Below, one piece after another: positions 24,916 to 37,725 of a DNA stretch of 64,000 nt. Location: contig NC_086101.1 in NCBI RefSeq assembly GCF_963921235.1, positions 4,466,001 to 4,530,000 of the forward strand, read 5' to 3'. A program made the translations under genes and the position numbers. Origin of the DNA: Mobula hypostoma (Eukaryota). Position 1 is the stretch's first letter. Each line of letters begins with the position of its first letter. The notes beneath the pieces were generated by a model. That model did not search any database, had not been told where the DNA came from, and saw nothing but the letters and a program-made list of their open reading frames with translations.

Positions 24916-25660
24916 GCAGCTGGGGCGCTGCATCCCTGGTTGATCCCGAACGTTGGCAGTCTGGCTGGGGAGGCTGGCAACGTAGACTGTCTGCACTCTG
25001 ACCGTGGCCTCTCCCTCCGGTCTGTGCGCTCTCCACTCTCACTCGACACTCGCCGGCTCTCACTCAGAGCCGCAGTTGGAAAGCTCCTGCTCCCAAGAAA
25101 CACAAAGCTGGTGTTTGTCACCATTAATTGTGAACTGCGATTCTTGTCACAACAAGTTTGACATGATCAGGTTCTCCTAAACCGGGGCAGAGAGAGCTTC
25201 TGACAGGATTCAACATAGTTTCATGTTATTTCCTGGAAACAAGGGAACAAGTGAAATGAAAAATAAACTTGTTACTCCAGATCTGATGCAGCACAATAAT
25301 AATATTTTTTATAACTCACATTAAGTATAAATACATAAGATAGTTTGTATTCATGGATCGATTAGGAGACGTAACTCTCAGCTGTACATAGGGTGACTGA
25401 TTGGAATAATGAAGGGTTAGTGAGTCGGGGTGTTGATCAGCCTTACTGCTTGGGGAAAGTAACTGTTTTTGAGTCTGGTGGTCCTGTCGTGGATGCTCCG
25501 TAGCCTCCTCCCCGATGGGAGTGGGACAAACAGTCCATGAGTAGGGTGGGTGGGATCCTTCATGATGTTACTGGCCCTTTTCTGGCTATACTGTATACTG
25601 TATGTCCTTGATGGCAGGTTAGCTGGTGCTCCAAATGCATTGGGCAGTTTTCACTTCCAT

Positions 25661-26288
25661 TAGATTATGAGGACACGCAGTCCTCTTTTATTGTCATTTA
25701 GTAATGCATGCATTAAGAAATGATACAATATTTCCTCTGGTGTGATATCACAAAACACAGGACAGACCAAGACTGAAAAAACTGACAAAAACACAAAATT
25801 ATAACATAATAGTTACAACAGTGCAACAATACCATAACTTGATGAAGAAGTCCGTGAGCATAGTAAAAGTTCAAAGTCTCTCGAATATCCCACATCTCAT
25901 GAGACGGAGAGAAGGAAGAAAAACTCTCCCTGGCATACGCGACCGCGGTCCGACTCTGAGTCATCCGAAAACTTCGAGCTCTGATCAGCTCTCCGACACT
26001 GAGTACTGAGCACCATCTCTATCTGAATGATTCGACCTCCTTCTCGGTCGCCAACAGCAGGCAAAGCCGGGGATTTTGAGGTCTTCCCTCTGGAAGATTC
26101 CCGACCACGCAGTAACGACAGCAGCGAACGGGCGTTTCAGAAATTTTTCCCAGATGTTCCCCTGTGCTTTCATGTCCGTCTCCATCAAATAGAATTGTCC
26201 ACGGCCCCTATTTAACGGATATGATATCATTTTTCACCGGAGAGCTGTGCACGCGTGGCACGCTGCTCTCTCACCCTCCCGCCATCCT
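25661..26288 (-). mobile_element. Non-autonomous ~630-bp retroelement, copy 1
   Basis: Homologous to 27448-28140 and 50300-50927; 5' A(A/G)GATGGCG start, 3' GAGGAC-n5-GTCCTC hairpin and short TAATC-like tail; no credible ORF. Confidence 0.75.
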
Positions 26289-26434
26289 GTTTGCTGTAGT
26301 GTTGTTTCTCTACCATGCAGTTTGTTGGGATTGTCTCCACTGCACATCTGCAGAATGACCTGAGTATGGATGTGCAAAGTCCGGCTCTCTTCAGCTTCCT
26401 TAAAAAAGTACAGGCATTGCTCAGCTTTCCTGAT

Positions 26435-26985
26435 CAGAAACATAGAAAACGTAGAAAATCTACAGCACAATACAGGACCTTCGGCCCACAAAGCTGTGCC
26501 GGACATGTCCCTACCTTAGAACTACCCAGGCTTACCCATAGCCCTCTATTTTTCTGAGCTCCATGTATCCATCCAGCAGTCTCTTAAAAGACCCTATCGT
26601 ATCCATCTCCACCACCATAGCTGGCAGCCCATTCCATGAACTCACCACTCCGTAAAAAAAAAAAGCCCTCTCGTGTTAGCCATTTCAGCCCTGGGGAAAA
26701 GCCTCGGACTATCCACATGATCAATGCCTCTCATCATCTTATACACCTCTATCAGGTCACCTCTCATCCTCCGTCGCTCCAAGGAGAAAAGGCCGAGTTC
26801 ACTCAACCTATTCTCATAAGGCATGCTCCCCAATCCAGGCAACATCCTTGTAAATCTCCTCTGCTCCCTTTCTATAGTTTCCATGTCCTTCCTGTAGTGA
26901 GGTGACCAGAACTGAGCACAGTACTCCAAGTGGGGTCTAACAGGGTCCTATATAGCTGCAACATTACCTCTCGGCTCCTACACTC
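26435..26985 (-). mobile_element. CR1 3' fragment
   Basis: LEYCAQFWSPHYRKD..RRFTRMLPGL motif; same subfamily as the 3' end of 53708-57170. Confidence 0.9.
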
Positions 26986-27447
26986 ATTTTGTAAGATGTG
27001 ATCTGGGACCATGAGAGACTGACTTCTGCTCCCATCGATCTGCACTGGGATAATAGCCCTCCATATCCTTCCCATACAGGTACCTATCCAAACTCCTCTG
27101 AAATGTCGAAATCAAGCTCGCATACACCACTCGTGCTGACAGCTCATTCTCACTCTCACCACTCTCTGAATGAAGTTGCTCCTCATGTTTCCCTTAAACC
27201 TTTCACCTTTAACCTATGAATTCTGGTTGTAGTCCCACCCAACCTCAGTAGGAAAAATACCTGCTCACATTTACCCTATCTAAACCCCTCAATTTTTTTT
27301 TAATCAAATCTCTTAGTCTTCCATATTCCAAGGAATAAAGTCCTAACCTGTTCAATCTTTCCTTATAACTCAGGTCTTCCAGACCTGACAATATTTGTAA
27401 ATTTTCTCTGCACTCTTTTAATATTATTTACATTTTTCCAGTAGGTA

Positions 27448-28140
27448 GATTTAGCTTTAGATTATAAGAACACTCAGTCCTTATTTATTGTCATTTAGAA
27501 ATGCATGCATGCATTAAGAAATGATACAATGTTTCTCCAGAGTGATGTCACAGAAAAACAGGACAAACCAAAGACTAACACTGACAGAACCACATAATTA
27601 TAACATATAGTTACAGCAGAGCAAAGCAATACCATAATTTGATAAAGAACAGACCATGGGCACGGTAAAAAAAAAAGTCTCAAAGTGCCGATCGACTCCC
27701 GAGTCCCTGATAGCAGGCGGCAAAGGGAGAAACTCCCTGCCATAAACCTCCAGGCACCGACAACTTGCCGATGCCTTGGAAACGGCTGACCACAGCCGAC
27801 ACTGAGTCTATCCATCCGAAAACTTCGAACTTCCAACCAGCCTCTCCGATACAGCCTCCCGAGCGCCATCCTCTGCCGAGCGCCTTCGACCTCTCCCCAG
27901 CCGCTGAAACAAGCAAAGCTGAGGGTTTCGGGGTCTTCTGCTCCGGAGATTCCGGTTACCACACAGTAACAGTGGCAGCGAAGCGGGCATTTCAGAAGTT
28001 TCTCCGGATGTTCCTCTTTGCTCTCACGTCTGTCTCCATCAAATCAGAATTGTGCACGGTTCCCTACTTGACAGATAACAGACATCACCACCGGAGTGGC
28101 CGCGCGCTGCATTGTACTGCCATCTTCTCCTCCTCTCCTC
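27448..28140 (-). mobile_element. Non-autonomous retroelement, copy 2 (divergent subfamily)
   Basis: Same termini as copy 1; interrupts an older CR1 fragment (~27050-28228, resuming ~31625-32290). Confidence 0.75.
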
Positions 28141-28229
28141 AGTGACCAAAACTGCACACAATACTCCAAATTACATCTTACACAACTTCAAGATAACATC
28201 CCATGTCCTGTACTCAATATTTTGATTTA

Positions 28230-31200
28230 TAGAACATAGAATAGTACAGCACATTACAGGCCCTTTGGCCCACAAAGTAGTGCTGACCCTTAAACCCTGC
28301 TTCCCATATAAGCCCCCACCTTAAATTCCTCCATATACCTGTCTAGTAGTCTCTTAAACTTCACTAGTGTATCTGCCTCCACCACTGACTCAGGCAGTGC
28401 ATTCCACGCACCAACCACTCTCTGAGTGAAAAACCTTCCTCTACTATACCCCTTGAACTTCCCACCCCTTACCTTAAAGCCATGTCCTCTTGTATTGAGC
28501 AGTGGTGCCCTGGGGAAGAGGCGTTGGCTATCCACTCTATCTATTCCTCTTATTATCTTGTACACCTCTATCATGTCTCCTCTCATCCTCCTCCTCTCCA
28601 AAGAGTAAAGCCCTAGCTTCCTTAATCTCTGATCATAATGCAGACTCTCTAAACCAGGCAGCATCCTGGCAAATTTCCTCTGTACCCTTTCCAATGCTTC
28701 CACATCCTTCCTATAGTGAGGTGAACAGAACTGGACACAATACTCCAAGTGTGGCCTAACCAGAGTTTTATAGAGCTGCATCATTACATCGCGACTCTTA
28801 AACTCTATCCCTCGAATTTATGAAAGCTAACACACCATAAGCTTTCTTAACTACCCTATCCACCTGTGAGGCAACTTTCAGGGATCTGTGGACGTGTACC
28901 CCGAGATCCCTCTGCTCCTCCACACTACCAAGTATCCTGCCGTTTACTTTGTACTCTGCCTTGGAGTTTGTCCTTCCAGAGTGTACCACCTCACACTTCT
29001 CTGGGTTGAACTCCATCTGCCACTTCTCAGCCCACTTCTGCATCCTATCAATGTCTCTCTGCAATCTTCGACAATCCTCTACACTATCTACAACACCACC
29101 AACCTTTGTGTCATCTGCAAACTTGCCAACCCACCCCTCTACCCCGACATCCAGGTCATTAATAAAAATCATGAAAAGTAGAGGTCCCAGAACAGATCCT
29201 TGTGGGACACCACTAGTCACAATCCTCCAATCTGAATATACTCCCTCCACCACGACCCTCTGCCTTCTGCAGGCAAGCCAATTCTGAATCCACCTGGCCA
29301 AACTTCCCTGGATCCCATGCCTTCTAACTTTCTGAATAAGCCTACTGTGTGGAACCTTGTCAAATGCCTTACTAAAATCCATATAGATCGCATCCACTGC
29401 ACTACCCTCATCTATATGCCTGGTCACCTCCTCACAGAACTGTATCAGGCTTGTTAGACACAGTCTGCCCTTCACAAAGCCGTGCTGACTGTCCCTGATC
29501 AGACTATGATTCTCTAAATGCCCATAGATCCTATCTCTAAGAATCTTTTCCAACAGCTTTTCCACCACAGACATGAGGCTCACTGGTCTATAATTACCTG
29601 GACTGTCCCTACTACCTTTTTTGAACAAGGGGACAACATTTGCCTCCCTCCAATCCTCCGGTACCATTCCCGTGGACAACGAGGACATAAAGATCCTAGC
29701 CAGAGGCTCAGCAATCTCTTCTGTCACCTCGTGGAGCAGCCTGGGGAATATTCCGTCAGGCCCCGGGGACTTATCTGTCCTAAAGTATTTTAACAACTCC
29801 AACACCTCCTCTCCCTTAATATCAACATGCTCCAGAACATCAACCTCACTCATATTGTCCTCACCATCATCAAGTTCCCTCTCATTGGTGAATACCGAAG
29901 AGAAGTATTCATTGATGACCTCGCTCACTTCCACAGCCTCCAGGCACATCTTCCCACCTTTATCTCTAATCGGTCCTACCTTCACTCCTGTCATCCTTTT
30001 TCTCTTCACATAATTGAAGAATGCCTTGGGGTTTTCCTTTACCCTACTCGCCAAGGCCTTCTCATGCCCCCTTCTTGCTCTTCTCAGCCCCTTCTTAAGC
30101 TCCTTTCTTGCTTCCCTATATTCCTCAATAGACCCATCTGATCCTTGCTTCCTAAACCTCATGTATGCTGCCTTCTTCCACCTGACTAGATTTTCCACCT
30201 CACTTGTCACCCACATTTCCTTCACCCTACCATTCTTTATCTTCCTCACCAGGACAAATTTATCCCCAACATCCTGCAAGAGATCTCTAAACATCGACCA
30301 CATGTCCTTCGTACATTTCCCTGCAAAAACATCAGTTCAGGTGCAACCCATCCAATCTGTACAGGTCCCACCTTCCCCACAAGAGATCCCAATGATCCAA
30401 AAATCTAAAACCCTGCTCCCTGCAGCAACTCCTCAGCCACACATTCAACTGCCATCTCCTCCAATTCTTACCATCTCTGTCACGTAGCACTGGCAGCAAT
30501 CCTGAGAACGTCACCCTTGAGGTCCTGTTTTTCAGCCTTCTGCCTAGTTCCCAAAACTCACACTTCAGGACCTCATCCCTCTTCCTGCCTATGTTGTTGG
30601 TACCAACATGTATCACAACTTCTGGTTGCTTTCCCTCTCGTACCAGGACGTCGTGCACCCGGTCAGAGACATCCCGGACCCTGGCACCCGGGAGGCAACA
30701 AACCATGCGGGTGTCCTTCTCACATCTACAAAATCTCCTGTCTGCTCCCCTGACTATAGAGTCTCCAATGACGACAGCTCTCCTCTTCTCCGTCTCACCC
30801 TTCCACACCACAGGGTCAGACTCAGTGCCGGAGGCCCTGCCACCGTGGCTCACACCTGGTTGGTCGTCCCTGACAACAGTATCCAGGACGGTAAACTTAT
30901 TATTCAGGGGAATGGCTACAGGGGTGCTCTGCACTACCTGTCTGCTCACCTTTGCTTTCCCCCCTCTGACTGTCACCCAACAACCTGCTTCCGACAGCCT
31001 AGGTGTGACTACCTCCTGGTAGCTCTCATCTACAACTGCCTCATTCTCCCTTATGAGTCAAAGATCATCCAGCTGCTGCTCCAGATTCCTTACACGGTCT
31101 TCCAGATCGCCCAGCCGTATGCACTTCTGGCAGATGTGACTCTGCTGGAGAGGGGCGTTCCCCCAAGACTGCCACATCTCACATGAGAGGCACATCACCG

Positions 31201-31625
31201 TCTCAGGAGGCATTGTAAAAACTAACTGCAAGCTAGCTTGTCCTCCGCCTCTTCTCGTCAAAGCCACTCGAGTCAAAGCCTCAAAGCTCCACTCCTTCAC
31301 TGGCCCACTCACACTCTGGCCGCTTCGCTTGAGCTATCTCTCTATTTATCTGTTGGAGCTTTTCAAAATGCTTGGTCACCTGACCTCGATTGCCCAATCA
31401 GCTGCTTTCTGCTGAGTCTGAGCTATTCAAATCTTGATTGTCTAATCAACAGCTTTTTGCTGATCTATTCAAATCTTGATTGTCTAATCAACAGCTTTCT
31501 GCTGATCTATTCAAATCTTGATTGATTTGATTCCACAGACCAACTGCCAAAACTGCCAGAATCTCTCGAGTCAAAGCCTCAAAGCTCCACTCCTTTACTG
31601 GCCCACTCACTCACTGGCTGCTTTC
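28230..31625 (-). mobile_element. Young CR1 LINE with 5' UTR, ORF1 (Zn finger plus SGNH esterase) and RT, but the endonuclease region deleted
   Basis: CLSCEMW..HICQKC; VIGDSIVRG..HVGTNNIG..DGLHLN; abrupt junction at ~30332 into a 501-aa RT ORF ([28 protein letters not shown]). Confidence 0.95.
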
Positions 31626-32434
31626 CAAAGGCCTATATGCCAGAAGCTTTCTTTATGACCCTATCTACCTATGACGCCACTTTCAACAAATTATGGACCT
31701 GTGTTCCCAGATCCTTTTGTTCTACCGCGCTCCACAGTGCCCAGTCGCTGATTGTGTAATACCTGCCCTGGCTGGCCCTACCAAAGTGCAAAACCTCACG
31801 CTTGTCTGCATTAAGTTGCATCTGCCATTTTCAGCCCATTTTTTCCAGCTGAAGATCCTTCTTCAAGCCATGATAGCCTCCCTCGATGTCACTGCACCCC
31901 CAATCTTGGTGTCATTTGCAACTTTGCTGATCCAGTTAACCACATTATTATCCAGATCATTGACATAGATGACAAAGAACAATGGACCCAGCACCGACCC
32001 CTGCGGCACACCACTAGTCACAGGCCTCCAGTCAGAGAGGCGACCTCGACTACCGCTCCTTGGCCTCTTCCACAAAGCCAATGTCTAATCCAGTTTACTG
32101 TCTTGTCTTGAATGCTGAGCAACTGAACCTTCTTGACCATTTTCCCATGTGGGACCTTGTCAAGTGCTTTGCTAAAGTCCATGTAGACAACGTCCACTGC
32201 CTTGCCTTTGTCCACCTCCCTGGTAACTGCCTTGAAAAACTCTATAAAATTGGTTGGACATGACCTACATGCACAAAGCTGTGCTGACTACCCTTAGTCA
32301 ATCATTGCTTGTATATCTTGGGCTGTAGCTACTGGCAAAGGTGCTTGTCTTTGTATGAAGAAGTGAAAGAGGCCAATTGGCCTATTATGACCACGTTAGC
32401 TAAAATAAAGGACTGTTGGTATTCCTACCACCAC

Positions 32435-32710
32435 TGAAGGATGGGTTTAACTCCCGGCACTGCCTGTGTAAGGAGTCTGTATGTTCTCCCTGTGACCACA
32501 TGGGTTTCTTCTGGGTGCCTCGGTTTCCTCCCACATTCCAGAGACATACGGGTCAGGGTTAGTAAGTTACGGGCACGCTACGATGGCTCTGGAAGCACAG
32601 CAACACTCATGGGCTGCCCCCAGCAAAATCCTTGAACTCCTTTCGTTGCTCACGTTACGACCAACACAGTTCTCTGAATGTTTTGATGTGAATATGACAA
32701 ATAAAACTAA
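32435..32710 (+). mobile_element. V-SINE (HE1-like); further copies at ~38400-38590(-), 46530-46690(-), 50165-50300(+), 51050-51300(+), 62540-62840(-)
   Basis: V-domain core GGAGTTTG.A.GTTCTCCCCGTG..GCGTGGGTTTCCTCCGGGTGCTCCGGTTTCCTCCCACA. Confidence 0.75.
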
Positions 32711-32744
32711 CGTGCACACAGTGACTACTTTACTCAGTCCACCG

Positions 32745-33168
32745 GTACACCTGCTCATTAACGTGAATATCTAATCAGCCAATCAGGTGGCAGCCACTCA
32801 GTGCATGAAAGCATGCCGACATGGTCAAGAGGTTCAACTGTTGTTCAGACCACACATCAGAATTGGTGCCAGACAGGGTGGTTTGAGTATCTCAGAAACT
32901 ACTGATCTCCTCGGATTTTCACACACAACAGTCGTTAGAGTTTACAGAGAGTGGTGAGGAAAAACAAAAAACATCCAGTGAGTGGCAGTTCTGTGGGTGA
33001 AAATATCTTGTTAATGAGGACAGAGCAGAATGGTCAGACTGGTTCAAGCTGACAGTAACTAAATAACCACACGTTATAACAGTTGTGTGCAGAAGAGCAT
33101 CTCTGAACACCTAACACATCGAACCTTGAACTCATGGGCTACAGCAGCAAGAGACCACACCGGGTTCA
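32745..33168 (+). mobile_element. Tc1-family DNA transposon relic (transposase N-terminal HTH region)
   Basis: GARQGGLSISETTDLLGFSHTTVVRVYREW..QKTSSEWQFCG..QITTRYN..QKSISE..MGYSSKRPHRV with stops and frameshifts. Confidence 0.8.
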
Positions 33169-34036
33169 TCAAGATAATAAAATGTGTCTTTAATTTATCC
33201 ATTTAGGACAGAGATGAGGAGGAATTTCTTTAGTCAGAGGGTGGTGAATCTGCAGAATTCATTGCCACAGACAGTTGTGGAGGCCAAGTTATTGGGAATA
33301 TTTAAAGGGGAGATTGATTGGTCCTTGATCAGTAAGAGGGATGGTCCTTGATGGAATGGCAGAGCAGACTCGATGGGCTGAATGGCCTGATTCTGTTCCA
33401 GTGTTATGGTAGCCCATGCATCTTACTTCGGAACCCCCTTTGGGCATCTCACCACCTCTTCCACTCCCCCACTCTCTGCAGCAGCCCGGCCAAACTCCAT
33501 GACCTCCGTTTCCCTCTTCCCACCTCCCCACCTACTGACCTGGGTCAGTCTGCTGGAGTCGACTGGGCAGGTGTCTCTAACTGCAGAGAGGTTCCTGTCA
33601 CCTGGCACTTCCTTCCCAGACTCTTACACCCCCCTCTCCCTGTCCCAGTCACAGCCCCTCCCTGCTTTTCCTTCTCGACTCTCAACCCAACCATTCTGGT
33701 GCCAGCAATCCCTCACCCCTCACCCAGCCCGAAGGAGTCTTCACAACTCATGTTCTCAGGATTACTTTCTAATGAGAAGAGGGCATGTCCTCCTCTTGTT
33801 GCTACCATCAAGGAGGAGGTACAGGGGCCTGAAGATACACGCTTAACAATCCAGGAACAGCCTCCTCCCCTCTGCCATCAGATTTCTGAATGGACAATGA
33901 ACCCATGAACACTACCCCAGTATTTTCCCTCTCTTTTTGTACTAATTGTTTAATTTATTTTTATACACGTTTCTTATTGTAATTTACAGTTGTTATTTAT
34001 GTATTACAATGTACTGCTGCCGCAATCCCCCAAATC

Positions 34037-34450
34037 CCAGCAGATGTGCTGGTGATAGTGAAGCAGATTCCAGCAGATGTGCCGGTGATAGTGAACTGGA
34101 TTCCAGCAGACGTGCTGGTGATAGTGAACCGGATTCCAGCAGACGTGTCGGTGATAGTTGAACCGGATTCCAGCAGACGTGCCGGTGATAGTGAACCGGA
34201 TTCCAGCAGACGTGTCGGTGATAGTGAACCGGATTCCAGCAGACGTGCCGGTGATAGTGAACCGGATTCCAGCAGACGTGTCGGTGATAGTGAATCGGAT
34301 TCCAGCAGACGTGCCGGTGATAGTGAACTGGATTCCAGCAGATGTGCCAGTGATAGTGAACTGGATTCCAGCAGATGTGCCGGTGATAGTGAACTGGATT
34401 CCAGCAGACAAGCCGGTGATAGTGATATTGAACCAGATTCTGATTCTGAC
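34037..34450. repeat. 33-bp tandem repeat (CCAGCAGACGTGCCGGTGATAGTGAACCGGATT), about 12 copies
   Basis: 11-aa periodicity (DSSRRAGDSEP) in the overlapping ORF. Confidence 0.95.
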
Positions 34451-35614
34451 TATTCGCAGTTTGTCTCCTTTTGCACATTGGCTGTTTGTCAGTCTTTGCT
34501 TTTGTGTAGTTTTTCAGAAGTTCTATGGTATTTCTTATTTTCCTGTGAATGCCTGCAAAAACTGAATTGGAAGGTTGTGTATGGTGAGATATATGTACTT
34601 GGATTCAAAGTTGTTTAATGTCATTTCCAGTACACAGGTATAAAAGAGAACAAATTAATTGTTCCAGCTCAAAAACACACTACAAGATAAGGAACACAAT
34701 AACTATAAATGCATAAACTGGCTTATATACATAAGTTGATTATATGTCCACAAAGTGACATCAGGCACAGGTCTGTCTGTACATAGGGTGACTCTGACAG
34801 GAACCGATAAAATATTGGTGACCGGGAATGTCGAGGAGTGGGTGAGTGGGTTAATGTGTTGCTCAGCTTTACTGCTTGGGCAAAGTTTTTGGGTCTGCTG
34901 GTCCTGGTGTGATGCTACGTAGCCTCCTCCCTGATAGGAATGGGACAGACAGTCCATGAGCAGAGTGAGTGGGATCCTTCATGACATTACTGGCCCCTTT
35001 TCCTGCACCTTTCTGTGTATACTATATGGCCTTGATGGGTTGGTTGGTGCTGGTGATGCATTGACGACCCATTGTAGACCTCTCTGACTGTCAGAGTCCA
35101 GCCTCTGTACCAGGCATCTGAGATAATAAGTTTAATTTCATCTCGGGTTGAGAAGTTGCCGTGATTCAGAGTCTGCCTGCTCTCTGAGGTCAAAGCTCAC
35201 ATTGGTATTTGTCTAGGAGGGCAGGAATTTTTACTGGTGTTTTGAGGCCAGCACAAATCATTTTCCCCTCCGTCCACATCACTGGCACGGGATGCACCAT
35301 TTGGTTTCAACCATGGAGCGCTTGGATCTTGCTGTGTGAAAACGGGTCGCCCGAGGACCTCTCGTTGGGTGTGGATTGCCATTCATAGCCTCCTGCGTGG
35401 AGTAGTGCTAGGCTTGGGAAGGAATTCCCCAAGGGGGCCAACCTATCCCCGGGATACCTCCTGGCTGTGCATGCTCCCCTGGGTGGGTCTGTTGTTGAGG
35501 AGAAATACTTGTGTTGAAGAATGGTTGTTTACCATTAATGGATGCTGCTGAGTTTTGAGATCCTGGAATTGGGGACTGTGTGGGAAACCTGTTACCACCG
35601 GGAGAGGGGAGGGT

Positions 35615-35825
35615 GTTGAGGGAACGAGTCTGTGATCAACTCCATTGCTTCTCTCTGGTCGAGTCGTTGAGGGAACGAGCCCTTGATTGACTCCATTGCT
35701 TCTCTCCGAGCGAGGCATCGAGTGAACGAGCCCGTGATCGATTCCATTGCTTCTCTCCGAGCGAGGCATCGAGTGAACGAGCCCGTGATCGATTCCATTG
35801 CTTCTCTCTGATTGAGGCATTGAGC
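35615..35825. repeat. ~51-bp tandem repeat, about 4 copies
   Basis: GAACGAGCCCGTGATCGATTCCATTGCTTCTCTC.. recurs; 17-aa periodicity. Confidence 0.9.
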
Positions 35826-36394
35826 AAGCAATCGGCGAGTGTTCGGTGTCATAGTCATAGTGTGGCCTGGGTGATTGTCATCTGCTTGTGTTTGACTGGT
35901 CTTCCTCTCTCCCTTGCTAGCAGCTGTCGGAGGAAAGAGCGGGTGGATTCCATGTTACCAGGACTGGTCAGTGAGGCTCACAGCTGCCCATTCGTTTTGG
36001 GGGACTTTGAGGTTCACGGTGCACGTGTTTCTGGAGTCTGCTCACTCATTTTTGTGCTTTCCCCTCTGCCATCAGATTTTAAAGTAAATGTATTATCAAA
36101 GTTCATATATGTCACCATATACAACCCTGAGATTCATTTTCTTGCAGGCATACTCAGTAAATCCAATAATCATAGCAGAATCAATGAAACACCACTCCCA
36201 ACAGGGCAGACAACCCATACGCAAAAGACAATAAACTGTGCAAATAAAAAATAAATAATAATAATAATAAATAAATAGACAATGAATATTGACACCATGA
36301 GATGATGAGTCCTTGAAAGTAAGTCCATAAGTTGTGGGAATGGTTCAGTGATGGGGCGTGAAGTTTAGTGAAGTTCTCCGCGCTGGTTCAAGAG

Positions 36395-36930
36395 CCTGCT
36401 GGTTGAGGGGTAATGACTGTTCCTGACCCTGGTGGTGTGGGTCCTGAGGCTCCTGTACCTCCTTCCTGATGGTCGAGGGCATAACTGTTCCTGACCCTGG
36501 TGGTGTGGGTCCTGAGGCTCCTGTACCTCCTTCCTGATGACAGCAGTGAGACAAGAGCGTGACCTGGGTGATGGTTCCCGCTGGTTGAGGGGTAAAACTG
36601 TTCCTGAACCCGGTGATGTGGGTCCTGAGGCTCCTGTACCTCCTGCCTGATGGTCGAGGGGTAATGACTGTTCCTGAACCTGGTGGTATGGGTCCTGAGG
36701 CTCCTGTACCTCCTTCCTGATGACAGCAGTGAGACAAGAGCATGACCTGGGTGATGGTTCCCGCTGGTTGAGGGGTAAAACTGTTCCTGAACCCGGTGAT
36801 GTGGGTCCTGAGGCTCCTGTACCTCCTGCCTGATGGTCGAGGGGTAATGACTGTTCCTGAACCTGGTGGTGTGGGTCCTGAGGCTCCTGTACCTCCTGCC
36901 TGATGGTGGCAGCAGTGAGACGAGAGCGTG
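36395..36930 (-). repeat. Tandemly amplified Rex1-like fragment
   Basis: CTGTTCCTGA(A/C)CC..GGGTCCTGAGGCTCCTGTACCTCCT recurs six times (GRRYRSLRT on the minus strand). Confidence 0.85.
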
Positions 36931-36934
36931 TCGT

Positions 36935-37355
36935 TACAGAATTAATCAACTAAACTAAAAAAAAGACCTGGGCTGTTTTGTAACATCATAAAAAAAGAGA
37001 GAAAAGAAAACCTTAGTGTTGACGACTCCGTTCTTCTCAACCAACACTACAGAGAAGTAAAATAAGTTTGGAAATGGTCAAATTACATCCTACGAAAATG
37101 CTGAATAAATGACCTCCAAGTCTTTTCGAATTTAATGGAAGGGTCATAAACAACACTTCTAATTTTTTCCAAATTTAAACACAACATAGTTTGAGAAAAC
37201 CAATGAAATGTGGTGGGAGGATTGATCTCTTTCCAATTCAGCAAAATGGATCTTCTAGCCATTAAAGTAAGAAATGCAATCATCTAACGAGCTGAAGAGG
37301 TTAAATGATTTGATTCTATCATTGGTAACCCAAAAATAGCAGTAATTGGGTGAGG
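36935..37355 (-). mobile_element. L1-clade LINE ORF2 C-terminal fragment
   Basis: IAFLTLMARRSILLNWK..PPT..W..LNLEKIR..KFEKTWRSFI, typical of fish-type L1 ORF2 ends. Confidence 0.8.
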
Positions 37356-37369
37356 TAATTCCTAATTCA

Positions 37370-37725
37370 TATTTCCTAACTAGTTTTCCATCCCAGCATA
37401 TCTGACATCTTCAAGCCTGAATGCTTGAAACCACAGTGAGCAAAACGGTTCAGAATTGTCAGTGATAAAAATCATTGCCTTCTGAACGCAAAGACATGTA
37501 ACTGATGCTATTTTAGAAACTGTTGGCTTGAAGCTGAGTCTGACGGCCAGACAAGTCTGCGCGGCTGATGCCAGTTAGTAAGTGTTCTGCCACACTCTCC
37601 TGCCCCAAATGAGCGACATTTGGTCCCAAAGAAACAAAGGGAATCCCGGCTTTTTTTCAAGAATTCAAGAATTGTCCCAAATAAAGGGGTGCCCCGATGG
37701 CCCAATTAGCCGGAATCCACTCTAT
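37370..37725. mobile_element. Probable Tigger/pogo-like DNA transposon end
   Basis: Ends in CCCAATTAGCCGGAATCCACT(C)TA, resembling a TA-CAGTGGATTCCGG TIR; partner TIR not seen. Confidence 0.45.

Noticed and set aside
34046..34618. Asp/Ser-rich ORF resembling dentin phosphoproteins
   Set aside because: A 33-bp tandem derived from a LINE 3' end; no splice or signal-peptide support.
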